Origin: the human T2T-CHM13v2.0 reference genome, Homo sapiens
Assembly: GCF_009914755.1 (NCBI RefSeq)
Contig: NC_060925.1
DNA length: 64,000 nucleotides
Reading direction: 5' to 3' (one strand)
In this document: positions 1 to 13,188 of the stretch, piece after piece
Position numbering within the stretch: position 1 is the first letter of the stretch
Layout of the letters: every line of letters starts with the position of its first letter
Position numbers and translations under genes: made by a program
The notes under the pieces: model-generated
The model's input: the letters and a program-made list of their open reading frames with translations, nothing else
Told to the model about the DNA's origin: nothing
The model's database searches: none

Positions 1-950
1 AAAGTAAGAAAGAGGCTTGGGTATGCTAGGAATGACACATGATCTTGAGCTTTGAACACAGACAGAAATAAAGCATAGTATAGCTGGATAGTTAAACGGG
101 GTGCATACAATGAAGTACCATCTTTGTCATTGAAAAAGTTTGTGTTTTATTATGAATGCTTTGGAAACCACTGAGGGAAAGAAGTGAAGAGATCACTTAT
201 TTTTTTTTTCAAATTTTCATAGTATGACCTATATGTAAAATGGATGGGAAAAGAGCAAATATGTAAGTAAGAAGAGGTGCTAGGTCAATTGGGCAGTCCA
301 GGTGATTAGAATGAAGATAGTTAAGAACAGATAGCTTTGATATATGTTTTTTAGCCAAGAACCATCAATTGGATATTTGGGATAAAGGAAGGGCAACACT
401 TAAGATATTTCCAAGGTTTCTGGATTTCATAACTAGAGAAATAATTATTCCAGTTCTTGAGACAGGGAGAAAGATTGGCTCTTAAGGGAAAAAAAAATAA
501 AGCATTCAGTTTTGGATGCGCTAAGTTTAGAAATCTATGAGCTATCCAAGTGGAAATAACAACAGCTCAGTGAAAATATAGTGCCTGGAGCACTACATGT
601 GAAAGTGTATGGACAGTATTTAAGTGAGTAAGATCATTCTTAGGTTATAACAGAGGAAGAAATGTTCTGAGTATCTGAGTCATTCAGAGAAGAAAGATGC
701 TAGAAAAGACGAAGAAAGGTGATCAGTGAAACAGTGATACCTGGAAAGGAAACCTCTTCAAACGGCAGGAACAAATGTCTAAGAGTGAGGGTACTGCCAA
801 TCCTGTAAAATGCCGCTACTGAGTCAAATACAAGAACCTTAAAACAGGCTTGAGTAAAGGAGAATTCATCACTGACCTTGATTAAAGCAGTTTCACTGGA
901 GTTGTGAAACCTCCACAGATTGCAATGATTTGGAGAATAACTGGAGAGGG
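1..950 (-). mobile_element. LINE-2 fragment (ancient, diverged)
   Basis: Antisense L2-like motifs, e.g. ttttggatgcgctaagtttagaaatctatgagctatccaagtggaaat (~510-557) and aaagcagtttcactggagttgtg. Boundaries approximate. Confidence 0.65.
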
Positions 951-1288
951 TGTTGTAGCAATATATCATTCCAGGATGTTATAACATGAAAACCTCACAT
1001 TGCCAATATCTAGGAGTACTAGATAATTGCTACTTTCAAATAATTTATTGCTGTTGCAGCAAAAAGTAAAATGACAGAAAAAAATATAGAACAGAAAATC
1101 AGAGAGAAGAGTCCATGAACTGGTGACATGGTAGGGTCTAAAGTTAAGAAAGGAAAGATACCACATTAGTAACTTGGGTATTGCCTTTTAATGTCATATT
1201 GTAACACACCTGCCATTTATCTGCATGATTATAGAGCACATTCTTATCTTTTCTAATACCTTGTTTTTTTACTTCCAGAGTTTGTGTG

Positions 1289-1534
1289 GGCTGGGTGTGG
1301 TGGCTTACACCTGTAATCCCAGCACTTTGGGAGTCTGAGGTGGGAGGATTGCTTACAGTTAGGAGTTTGACACCAGCGTGAGCCACAAAGTGAGACTCTG
1401 TGGCTACAAATAAAAATTATTTTAAAACATAGCCAAGCATGGTGGCATGCACCTGTATTTCCAGCTACTCAGGAAGCTCAGGTGGGAGATCACTGGAGCC
1501 CAGAAGTTCAAGGCTGTGGTAAGCTATGACTGCA
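1289..1534 (+). mobile_element. AluJ-type SINE, 3'-truncated (no tail)
   Basis: ggctgggtgtggtggcttacacctgtaatcccagcactttggg start, J-type ggaggattgctt, A-rich linker, right arm ends at aagctatgactgca. Confidence 0.9.
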
Positions 1535-1680
1535 ATTTGTGTGAATTATGAATAGCTTCCAGGACTCTGTGGTATTGTCCTAGTTAACAAAGTCACTAAT
1601 TATTGCCTGGACAACAGTGATAATCTCCTAACTACATATATCTCACTCTCATTACAAAATGCTTATCATTATACACTTCC

Positions 1681-4600
1681 TTTTTCTTAATTTTAATTTT
1701 TGTGGGTACATAATAGGTGTATATATTTATGAGTTACATGAAATATTCTGATACAGGTATGCAATACATAATCACATCAGGGTAGATGGGGTGTTCTTCA
1801 CCTCAAGCATTTATCCTTTGTGTCACAAACAATCTAATTATACACTTTCAGTTATTTTAAAATATACAATTGAATTATTTCTGATTACAGTTACCCTACT
1901 GTGCTGGCAAATACTAGGACTTATTCATTCTTTCTAATTTTTTTGTACCCATTAACCTTCCCCACTTCCCCTCACATCCCACTATCCTTCCTAGCCTCTG
2001 GTAACCTTTCTACTCTCTATCTCCATGACTTTAGTTGTTTTAATTTTTAGCTCCCACAAATTAGTGAGAATATGTGAAGTTTGTCTTTCTCTGCCTGGTT
2101 TATTAAACTTGACCTAATGACCTCCGGTTCCATCCATGTTGTTGCAAATGACAAAATCTCTTTGTTTTTTATGGCTGAAGAGTACTCCATTATGTATATG
2201 TGCCACATTTTCTTTATACATTCATCTGTTAATTGACACTTAGGTTGTTTCCAAATATTGGCTATTGTGAATAGTGATGCAATAAACATGGGAGTGCAGA
2301 AATATCTTCCATATACTGATTTCCTTTACTTTGGGTATATACCTAGGAGTGGAATTGCTGAATTGTAAGGTAGCTTTAATTTCTGTTTTCTGAGGAATCT
2401 CCAAACTGTTTTCTAAAGTGGTTGTGCTAATTTACATTCCCATCAACAGTGTATGAAGATTCCTTTTTCTCCATATACTCACCAGCGTTTGTATTTTGCC
2501 TGTATTTTGAATACAAGCCATTTTAACTGAGGTGAGATGATATCTCATTGTAGTTTTGATTTGTATTTCTTTGATAATCTATGATGTTGAGCATCCTTTT
2601 ATACACCTGTTTACCATCTGTATGTCTTTTTTTGAGAAAAGTCTACTCAGATCTTTTGCTCATTTTTAAAATTGGAATATAGATTTTTTATAGAGTTGTA
2701 TGAGATTCTTATATATTCTGGTTATTAATCCCTTATAAGATGAATAGTTTTCAAATATTTTCTCCCATTCTGTGGGTTGTCTCTTCACTTTTATTGTTTC
2801 TTTTGCTGTGCAGAAGCTTTTTAACTTGTGATCCAATTTGTCCATTTTTGCTTTGGTTGCCTGTGCTTGTGAGATATTACTCAAGAAATCTGTGGCCAGT
2901 TCAATGTTCTGAAGAGTTTTCCCAATGTTTTGTTATAGTAGTTTCATAGGTCCTAGATTTAAGACTTTAATCCATTTTGATTTTATTTTTGTATATTGTG
3001 AGAGATAAACATCTAGTTTCATTTTTTTCATATAGATATCCAGTTTTTCCAACACCATCTATTAAAAAGTTTTTTTCTCCCAATGCATGTTCTTTGTACC
3101 TTTGTCAAAAGTGAGTTCACTGTAGATGCATGGATTTATCCCTGCATACTCTATTATGCTCCACTGAGCTATGCATCTGTTTGTATGTCAGTATCAAGCC
3201 AGTTTGGTTACTACAACTCTGTAGTATAATTTAAAGTCAGGTAATGTGATTCCTCCACTTTTGTTCTTTTAGCTTAGGGTAGCTTTGGGTATTCTGGGTC
3301 TTTTGTGGTTCCATATAAATTTTAGATTTTTTAAAACATTTCTGTGAAGAACGTCATTTGAATTTTGACAGAGAATGCATTAAATCTGTAGATTGCTTTG
3401 GGTATTATAAACACTTTAACAATATTAATTCTTCCAATTCATGAAAATGAAATATCATTCCATTTATTGTGTATGTCTTTAATTTCTTGCATCAATGTTT
3501 TATGGTTTGAATTATAGATATCTTTCACCATTTTGGTTAATTCCTAGGAATTTTATTTTATTTGTAGCTATTATAGATGGAATTGCTTCTTCGATTTTTT
3601 TTTAGATTGTACAATGTTGGCATATAAAAATGCTACTGATTTTTGTATGTTGATTTTGTATCCTGCAACTTTATTGAATTTGTTGATCATTTCTAATAGC
3701 TTTTTGGTGGAGTCTTTAGCTTTTTCCAAATATAAGATTATATCTACAAACAAGGAAAATGTGGCTTCTTCTTCTCTTCCTATTTGGGTGCCCTTTACTT
3801 CTTTCTCTTGTCTGATTGCTCTAGCTAAGACTTCCAATAATACGTTGTATAACAGCAGTGACAGTGGGTATCCTTCAGGAGTTCCAGATCTTAGAGGAAA
3901 AGCTTTCAGTTTTTCCCCATTCAGTATGATACTGGCTATGAGTCTGTAATATATGGCTTTTATTTTGTTGATGTATGTCCCTTTGATCCCCAGTTTTTTG
4001 AGTTATTATTATTAATGGGTTTTGAACTTTATCAAATGCTTTTTCAGCATCAATTAAAATGATCATATGGTCTTTATCCTTCATTTTGTAAATATGATGT
4101 ATCATATTAATTGATTTGCTTATGTTGAACCATCCTTGCATCCCTGGGATAAATTCTGCTTGGTCTTGATGATCTTTTTAATGTGTTGTTGAATTCAGTT
4201 TGCTAGAATGTTGCTGAGGATTTTTGCACCAATATTTATCATTAATATTTGTCTATAGTTTTCTTTTTTCGAAGTGTCTTTGTCTGATTTTCATGTCAGG
4301 GTAACACTCACCTCGTAGAATGAGTTTGTAAACATTCTTTCCTCCTCTACTTTTCAAAATAGTTTGAGCAGGAGTGGTATTAGTTTTTCTTTAAATGTTT
4401 GATAGAATTCAGCATCAAAGCCATTGTGTCCCAAGTTTCCTTTACTAGGATGCTTTTTGTTACATCTAGCTCTGCTCTTTTTTGATTTCCATTGGCATAA
4501 AATATCTTTTTTCATCTTTTTGTTTTTAGATTATGTGTACCTTTCTAGTGGAAGTGTTTTTCTTATAGGCAACAGATCATTTATTGGGTTTTATTGTTTT

Positions 4601-5367
4601 ATCCTTTCAGCCACTCTATGTCTTTCGATTGGTGATTTCAGTTCATTTACATTCCATGTTATTATTCATGAGTAAGGACTTACTCCTGCTATTTTGGTAT
4701 TTGTTTTCTGGTTTTATTGTTGTTTGCTGCTCCTTTTATGCTTCCTTCCTGTCTTTTATTGAAGGTGATTTTCTCTTGTGGAAAGATGTATTTTTCTGCT
4801 TTTGTGTATGCATGTTTTGTTATATGATTTTTTGATTTGAGGTTACCATGAGGCTTGCAAATTCTGTATTATAACCCAATTATTTAAGCTGAAGCTGATA
4901 ACATCTTAACACTGTTGGCATAAACACACAAACTCGCAAAAGGAAAACTCAAAACTCTACACCTTAACTTTGTCCCCTAGCTTTTAAACTTTTGGTTGTT
5001 TCTATTTATATTTTATTGTACTGTCTATGTCTTGAAAAGTTGTTGTAGTTACTATTTTTGATTAGTTCATTGTTTAGTTTTTCAACAGGCTAAGTGAGAG
5101 TGGCATGGCATATTTCAAGGGCTGAAAGAAAAAAATAACTTTTACCTTAGAATAGTATATCTGGTAAAAATATCCTTCAAGAATGAAGAGGAAATAAGCA
5201 TTTTCCCAGACAAACAAAAGCTGAGGGATTTACAAATCACAGTTACAGTATTACAATAATCTGTGTTTTTCTTTGTAACTACCATGACGAGTTTTGTACC
5301 TATAAATGATTTATTGCTCATTTACATCCTTTTCTTTCTAATTGAAGTACCCACTTTAGCATTTCTT
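1681..5367 (-). mobile_element. Old L1 (L1MA2/L1MA3-like): 3'UTR, decayed ORF2, internal deletion near 4460, inter-ORF/ORF1 end
   Basis: 3' end tttttgtgggtacataataggtgtatatatttatg. Minus-strand ORF fragments match L1 ORF2 ([33 protein letters not shown]...DAEKAFDK). Many stops and frameshifts. Confidence 0.9.
5085..5231 (+). repeat. Inverted ~147-bp L1 ORF1 segment, reverse complement of 7915-8064
   Basis: Exact inverted matches of 27 nt (5171-5197 vs 7951-7977) and 26 nt (5206-5231 vs 7915-7940). Confidence 0.85.
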
Positions 5368-6833
5368 TTTTTTTTTCTGTATTTATTCTAAGAAAAAAAA
5401 ATGGGATACATGGGCAGAATGTGCAGGTTTGTTACATAGGTATAAGCGTGCCATGGTGGTTTGCTGACCCCCAACAGGCCCTGGTGTGTGTTGTTCCCCT
5501 CTATGTGTCCATGTGTTCTCAGTGTTCAACTCCCACTTATGAGTGAGAACATGCAGTGTTTGGTTTTCTGTTCTTGTGTTAGTTTGCTGAGGATGATGGC
5601 ATCCATGTTCATCCATGTCCCTGCAAAGGACATAATCTCATTCCTTACCACATTTTCTTTATCCATTCTATTATTGATGGGCATTTAGGTTGGTTCCATG
5701 TCTTTGGTATTGGAAACAGTGCTGTAATAAACATACATGTGCATGTGTCTTTATAATAAAATGATTTCTATTCCTTTGGGTATGTACCCAGTAATGGGAT
5801 TGTTGGGTCAAATGGTATTTCTGATTCTAGATCCTTGAGGCATCACCACACTGTCTTCCACAATGGTTGAACTAATTTACATTCCCCCACAATGTAAAAG
5901 TATTCTTATTGCTCCACAGCCACGTCAGCATCTATTGTTTCCTGACTTTTTAATAATTGCCATTCTGACTGGCATGAGATGGTATCTCATTGTGGATTTG
6001 ATTTGCATTTCTCTGATGATCAGTGATGTTGAGCTTTTTCTGATATGTTTGTTGGACGTGTAAATGTCCTTTTGAGAAGTGTCTGTTCATATCCTTTCCC
6101 CACTTGTTGATGGGTTTTTTTTTTTAATTGTAAATATGTTTAGGTTCCTTGTAAGTTGTGGATATCAGACCTTTGTCAGATGGGTAGATTGCAGAAATTT
6201 CCTCCCATTCTTTAGGTTGCCTGTTCACTCTGATAATAGTTTCCTTTGCTGTGCAGAAGCTCTTTAGTTTAATTAGATCCCATTTGTCAATTTTGGCTAC
6301 TGTTGCAATTGCTTTTGGCATTTTAGTCATGAAGTCTGCCCATGCCTATGTCCTGAATGGTATTGCCTAGGTTTCCTTCTAGGATATTCATAGTTTTGGG
6401 TTTTACATTTACGTTTTTAATCCATCTTAAGTTAATTTTTGTATAAGGTGTAAGGAAGGAGTCCAGTTTCAGTTTCCTGCATATGGCTAGCCAGTTTTTT
6501 CTAGCACCATTTACTGAATAGGAGATCCTTTTCCCATTGCTTGTTTTTGACAGGTTTGTCGAAGATCAGATGGTTGTAGATGTGTGGTGTTATTTTTGAG
6601 GTCTCTGTTCTGCTACATTGGTCTATATGTCTGTTTTGGTGCCAGTACCATGCTGTTTTGGTTACTGTAGTCTTGTGGTATAGTTTTAAGTAAGGTAGCA
6701 TGATGCTTCCAGGTTTGTTCTTTTTATGTAGGACTGTCTTGGCTATATGGGGTCTTCTTTGATTCCATATGAAATTTAAAATAGTTGTTTCTAATTCTAT
6801 GAAGAATGTCAATGAAAGTTTGATGGGAATAGC
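5368..6833 (-). mobile_element. L1PA8/8A-like L1, non-inverted 3' part with poly(A), nested in the older L1
   Basis: T tail, then gggatacatgggcagaatgtgcaggtttgttacatagg (L1PA 3'UTR). ORF2 C-terminal peptides ([32 protein letters not shown]). TSD ctttagcatttctt at 5354-5367. Confidence 0.9.
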
Positions 6834-7874
6834 CCAGGACCAAAAGGATTTACAGCTGAATTCTACCAGAAATACAAGGAAGAGCTGGTACCAATCCTTC
6901 TGAAACTATTCCAAACAATTGAAAAAGAGGGACTCCTCCCTAACTCATTTTATGTAGCCAGCATCATCCTGATACCAAAACCGGGAATAAACACAACAAA
7001 AAAAGAAAACTTCAGGCCAATATCCCTGATAAACATCGATGCAAAAATCCTCAATAAAATACTGTCAAACCAAATCCAGCAGCACATCAAAAAACTTATC
7101 CACAACAATCAAGTTTTCTGCATCCCTGAGATGCAAAGCTGGTTCAACATATGGCAATCAATATACATAATTCATCACATAAACAGAATCAAAGAGAAAA
7201 ACCACATGATTATCTCAATAGATGCAGGAAAGGCCTTTGATAAAATTCAAAATCCCTTCATGCTAAAAACTCTCAATAAACTAGGTATTGATGGAACATA
7301 GCTCAAAATAATAAGAGCTATTTATAAGAAACCCACAGCCAATATCACATTGAATGGGGAAAAGTTACAAGCATTCCCTTTGAAAATCAGTACAAGACAA
7401 GGATGCTCTCTCTTACCACTCCTGTTTGACATAGTATTGGAAGTTCTGGCCAGGGCAATCAGGCAAGAGAAAGAAATAAAGTGTATTCAAATAGGAAGAG
7501 AGGAAGTCAAGTTATCTCTATTTGCAGACGACATGATTTCATATTTAGAAAACCCCATCATCTCGGTTCCAAAATTTCTTGAACTGAGAGACAACTTCAG
7601 CAAAGTCTCAGGATACAAAATCAATATGCAAAAATCACAAGCATTCCTTTACACTAACAATAGGCAAGCAGAGAGTCAAATCATGAACTCCCATTCACAA
7701 TTGCTACAAAGGAAACAAAATACCTAGGAATATAGCTAACAAGGGACGTGAAGGACCTCTTCAAAGAGAACTACAAACCACTGCTCAAAGAAACAAGAGA
7801 GGACACAGACAAATGGAAAAACATTCCATCCTCATGGATAGAAAGAATCAATATCATGAAAATGGCCATAATGC
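6831..7874 (+). mobile_element. Inverted 5' segment of the same L1PA insertion (RT region of ORF2)
   Basis: Sense-strand L1 ORF2 including RT motif SLFADDMI (ORF 7350-7727). Followed by second TSD copy at 7878-7891. Confidence 0.9.
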
Positions 7875-7877
7875 TCC

Positions 7878-10582
7878 CTTTAGCATTTCTTGTAGGATAG
7901 GTCTGGGGTTGATGAAATCCCTCAGCTTTTGTTTGTCTGGAAATAACACTTTATTTCCTCTTCATTCTTGAAGGATAGTTTCACCAGATGTACTATTCTA
8001 GGATAAAAGTGTTTTGTTTTTTTTCTTTCAGTACTTTAACTATGTCTTGACACTCCTGGTCTGTAAGGTTTCCACTGAAAAATCTGCTGTCAGACATATT
8101 AGGCTTCTTTGGGTTAAATCTGCTTAGTGTTCTGTAACCTTCTTGTGTTTGGATATTGATAACTTTATCTGGGTTTGGGAAGTTCTCGTTATTATCCCTT
8201 TGAATAAACTTCCTACCGTTTTATCTTTCTTTTTCTCATCTTTAAGGCCCACAACTCTTAGATTTGCCCTTTTGAGGCTGTTTTCTGTATCTTGTATATG
8301 TGCTTCATTCTTTTTTATTTTTTTTCTTTTGTCTCCTTTAACTGTGTGTTTTCAAATAGCCTGTCTTCAAGCTCGCGAATCCATCCTTCTGCTTGATCAA
8401 TTATATTAAAAGACTCTGATATATTCTTCAGAATGTCAATTCCATTTTTTCAACTCCAGAATTCATGCTTTTTAATAATTATTTCAATCTCTCTTCATTA
8501 CATTTATCAGATAGAATTCTGAATTCCTTCTATTTAATTTATTTGAGTTTTTCTCAAACAGCTATTCTGAATTATCTGTCTGAAAGGTCACATATCTCTA
8601 TGTCTCCAGAATTGAGACCTGGTGACTTATTTAGTTCATTTGGTGAGGTCATATTTTCTTGGGGTAATCTTGATGCTTATGGATGTTCTTCTATGTCTGA
8701 GCATTAAAGAGTTAGGCATTTACTCTAGTCTTCACACTCTGTGCTTGTTTTTCCCCATTCTTCTTGGAAAGGCTTTCTAGGTATTTGAAAAGACTTGGGT
8801 GAGGTGATCAAAATTTGTGATCACTGCAGCTCTGTCTGGACTGGGGGGAACCCCAAGCCCAGTAACACTCTGGTTCTTACAGACTTGTAGAGATAATGTC
8901 TTGGTGGTCTTGGATAAGATCTGGACGAATTCTCTAGATTACCAGGTAGAGGCTCTTGTTCTCTTCCCTTACCTTCTCCTAAATAAATAGTGTTTCTCTG
9001 TGCTGAGCAACCTGGACTGGGGGTGGGGTGACACAAACACCCCTATGGCCACCATCACTGGGAATACACTGGGTCAGACCTGAAACCAGAACTGCACTGG
9101 GTTTTGCCTAAGGCCTGCTATAAACACTACCTGGCTACTGCCTATGTTCGCTCAAGGTTCTGGGGCTCTACAATCGGCAAATGATAAAGGCAACCAGGCT
9201 TGTGTCCTTCCCTTCAGGGATGTGAGTTCACCCAGTCCGTAAGCAGGTCTAGAGGTACCATCCTGGAGTCATGGACTGGAGTCAGAAATCTTGAAAGTCT
9301 ATTTGGTACTCTATTGCTCTGCAGCTGAGTTGGCACTCAAACCATGAGATGCAGTCCTTCCCACTCTTCTGTCCCGTTTCTACGGGCAGAGGTGCCTTAT
9401 CTCATGGCCATCACCCCCACAGGCCCACAGGGAGTACGGCTAAGCTACCACCTATGTTTCCTTAAGGCCCAGGGGCTCTTCAGTCAGCTTGTAGTGAATG
9501 CTGCCTAGCCTGGAACTCTTCCTTCCGGGCAGTGGGCTCCCCTCTGGCCCAGGGCAGATTCACAAATACCATCCAAGAGCAAATGTCTGGAATCAGGGAC
9601 TCTAAGAGTCTACTTAGAGCCCTATCCCCTGTGGCTGAGCTGGTACCTAGGTGCAAGACAAAGACCCCTTTTCTTTTCTCAAGCAGAAGGAGTCTCTCCC
9701 AATAGCCACCACAACTGAGAATGTTCTGAGACTAACGTGAAGCCAGCAAGTCTCAGAATCTCACCTAAGGTTTACGGTATACTACCTGAATATTGCTCCT
9801 GGTTATTCAGGACCCAAGTCCTCTTTAGTCAGAAGGTAATGAGTCCTTCCAGGACTCAGTCCTTTCCTTCAAAGCAATGGGGTTCCTTCTGGCCCACAGC
9901 ATGTCTAGAAATGTTGTCTGGGAGCTAGGTCCTGGAAGGGGGCCTCACAACTGACTGGTGCCCTATCCCACTGTGGCTGAGCTGGTATCCAAGATGCAAG
10001 ACAATGTCTTCTTTATTCTTTTATCTCCTCTTCTCAAGCAGAAGGAAGGAGTCTCGGTTGGAGCCTCCATCTGTGCAGCCTGAGGTTGGGAGATGGGAGG
10101 CACAAGTACTCCCTTAGCCACCATGGCAGGTATTTCAGTAGGTCACATGCCCTCCCCCAGTCCACTGGCTCTGAGTGCAGTTCAGCTCTAGGGCTCACCT
10201 AGGAATTGCAATCTTAGTGGCCTACACTGCCTTTCAAGTTTATTTTGGAGCCCCAGAGCACTTTTTCTTGCAGTGACAGTGAATTCAAGTTTCTGCTGCT
10301 GAAATAGGTGATTCCCCTCTGTCTAGGGCTGGTTTAAATACTCCCTCAATGGGCAATCATCTGCTGAGTTCAGCCTAGTTTTGCTTTCTGCTATGGCAAG
10401 GCAGCACTGAGGGCAATGCAACGACTCATAAGTCTATATTCACCCTCTCCCAAGTGCTCATTTCTGTCTCTGTGCCACATGGCCACTGCTGGGGTATGGG
10501 GCAGGGGTGGCATTGGTAATTCAAGACTCTTTCCTATCCTCTTCAATGCCCTTTTTAGTTATACAAAGTTAAAACTAGGTAC
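7878..10582 (-). mobile_element. Old L1 continued: ORF1 and long GC-richer 5'UTR (L1M2-type 5' end)
   Basis: Resumes exactly after the TSD (tagcatttcttgtaggataggtctgg...). 5'UTR has an internal repeat cctatcccc/actgtggctgagctggta...gcaagacaa at ~9621 and ~9961. Confidence 0.85.
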
Positions 10583-11919
10583 ATTCATTGCATTTAAATG
10601 TCAAATTGGTCTCAGTTGAAATCATTTCTTACAGTTATTCTTGAGTCTATATTTGTTTTAATCAACCCTTAAAAGTATTTCTGCTTTCTTATAGCATTTC
10701 AATGCACTTGCAAATTACATCACTTTGGAAACATTTGGTTGAAGTTAGAGAAATCCCACATTAAGTAGCTTTAAACAATAAGGAGAATCAACTGAAAAAA
10801 AAATTTAGAATTCTGAAAAGTAATGTGCATTAGTGTTATTGGATGTAATTATTCAAGATAAAATATATTACCCAATATTTTTGTAAGGTTTCATTGATTT
10901 GAATTGAGTCACATTTCAGTCCTTGTTTCCAGGAGCCATATAAAGCGATAATTGGCTTAGGCCTGGTTTATCAACAAAGGGCTTAAAAGGGAGATTGGCT
11001 TACAATCATGAGTGACAAACTTTGCACCTGAATTCTGATCCCTGATGGTTCTAAGGTAATTCCTTTATTTTAAACCAATGGGAGAAGTTGAGGATGTTAT
11101 TAAAGAGGTAAAACAATGTTTACAGCACCTGTGACTCTTTACTTATATCTAAATACTTAAAAGTATACATTAGGGCATGTGTATTTGGGTTTTTAAACAC
11201 ATACTTAAAACTTATCAAAGATTATTATGTGTCTGGGTTGTTAAAAACAATGCTACTTTGAACACAATTGATGCTTGTTATTTCTTTCTGAGGTTACCAT
11301 CAAAGAAAAATGATATTTACTAAACATAGAAAAAGAATTTAATCGTATGTGGTTTTATCACATAGATGATTAATATTCAAAATTCATTTTAGTAACATAC
11401 AAACATCTTTTTTTCACACAAAATATCTAATTTGAACAAATACATTCTCCAGTTTGGTGTAAATAGTTAACACATTATCAATGTAAATTTGGCAATGAAC
11501 TAACATTGAGAAGAAAGTGGCAACAAAGCAAGACATGTGCTTGCTTTGGATGACTGATTATTGCAAAAGTTTGATTATTTATTGCATATAAATTAATACA
11601 AGTAAATTAAGGTTTACTATTTTTCTTTTATTTCTACATTTTTCTCTCTCAAACAGTAATGATAGGATTCTTTTTATACTTTATCTGAAAATAAAAGTGT
11701 TAAAAATCCAAAAGCCAAACAGTATAAAGATTAGATCAATAACATACATTAAATTGTGTTTTTATCTGAGATGTTTTGGTAATTTCTCTGCCAAGTAAGT
11801 TTGTTTGTTGCGTTAGTAGCAAAGGTAAGTTATTATTAAATAGTTATTTTGTGGAAAATAAACTTTCCGAATAAACTCTGAAGCACTCCCCCCAAAAAAA
11901 TCAATCTGTGCTAACAAAA

Positions 11920-12155
11920 TATTAATGTTTTTACACTGATTTATAATTTACACAGCACATTCATAAATAGGGCCTCATTTTTATTTCTTATAAAATTCCA
12001 GTAAAAGAGACACTGCTATTCATATTTATGAATGAGAAAACTGAGAATCACAGTGATTAAATTATGCATATGAGATAACACTAACAGAAAGTAAAGCTGG
12101 AACCTGAGTTTAGACTATTAATTAAATGTCTAAAGCACCTTTCTCTACCATTGCA
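11920..12155 (-). mobile_element. MIR SINE
   Basis: Antisense MIR core: catatttatgaatgagaaaactgagaatcacagtgattaa...aaagctggaacctga. Confidence 0.65.
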
Positions 12156-13188
12156 TACCTTTATGCCTCCAACTTATATCTTTGAAGAGAACTCATTGCA
12201 TTTTCACAAACAAGATTACTAGGCAAATTTTGGGCAACACTAATACAAATAAGATGCTAGCTACTTTAACAGTGGTATAAGGAAGAATAAGATAAAAAAT
12301 GCAAAATATCAGAAGTATGAAGGAAAGGGAGTAAAGATTATTGCAGGTGGATCGAGGGAGTTCAGAGCAATTAAGCCGGTAACTCCCACGTGCTAAATAA
12401 TAAATTCTGTCACTAGGGAACCCATGCTAGCTCAGCAGAGAACAAAAGAAGTAATGTAACTTCTATGGAGTTTCCCTATAACTTGGCTTTCTGCTGGATG
12501 TGAGTTTTATAAAAAATTAGGATTTTATGAGACTTTCACCAAGACAACATAAAACTATCACAATTTCTGACATAAAATGGTCAAAACAGAACGTACCCTA
12601 AGTACCTGCAATCAGAGTAGAATATTTAATGTTTCTAAACATTAAAGAATTCCATGGGGAATTCTTTGTTATCTGGATATTTCTAATGGGAAAGTGATCG
12701 TTCCTTCCAGATGTAGTAAAGGTAAATGTCATAGATATGGCAGTGGTGGAAATATGCCCCTGAAAGAATATAAACATATTTAAACAGTGAAGATAGTTTT
12801 GAATATGAAGTTACACATATACATTTTTTAGTAAAAAAAAACGTAAGTAAAAGCAGACACTTTGCTTCTCCTGGTTGTAAATAACTGACCATAGTATTTC
12901 TAGAACAAAAAATCAAGAGGCAGCCTAGTAAGTTTCCATTAGAGTCATGTAAGGAGGAAAACATTCAGGTACAATAGAACAGGATCACGATTGGAGAAAA
13001 TATAATAGTTAGAATTCCTCATCCAAATCCAGTTTCCAAGTCAGTTCACACACCCTGATCCCCTGTAATAACATGGAGGTTGAGCATTCTTTATGAATAA
13101 ATTTATAGTTATTTGACGAGTAGCCTCTGTGAATCTCACTCCTGGCCTTCTATTAAGAGACATCACACCATTTACGAAGAAAACAGTA

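Noticed and set aside
7350-7727. 125-aa ORF with reverse-transcriptase motif (LFADDM)
   Set aside because: It is a fragment of L1 ORF2 in an inverted, truncated, frameshifted copy, not a functional or novel RT system.
9480-10050. Diverged ~200-bp direct repeat
   Set aside because: Most simply an intrinsic repeat of the old L1 5'UTR rather than a locus-specific duplication.
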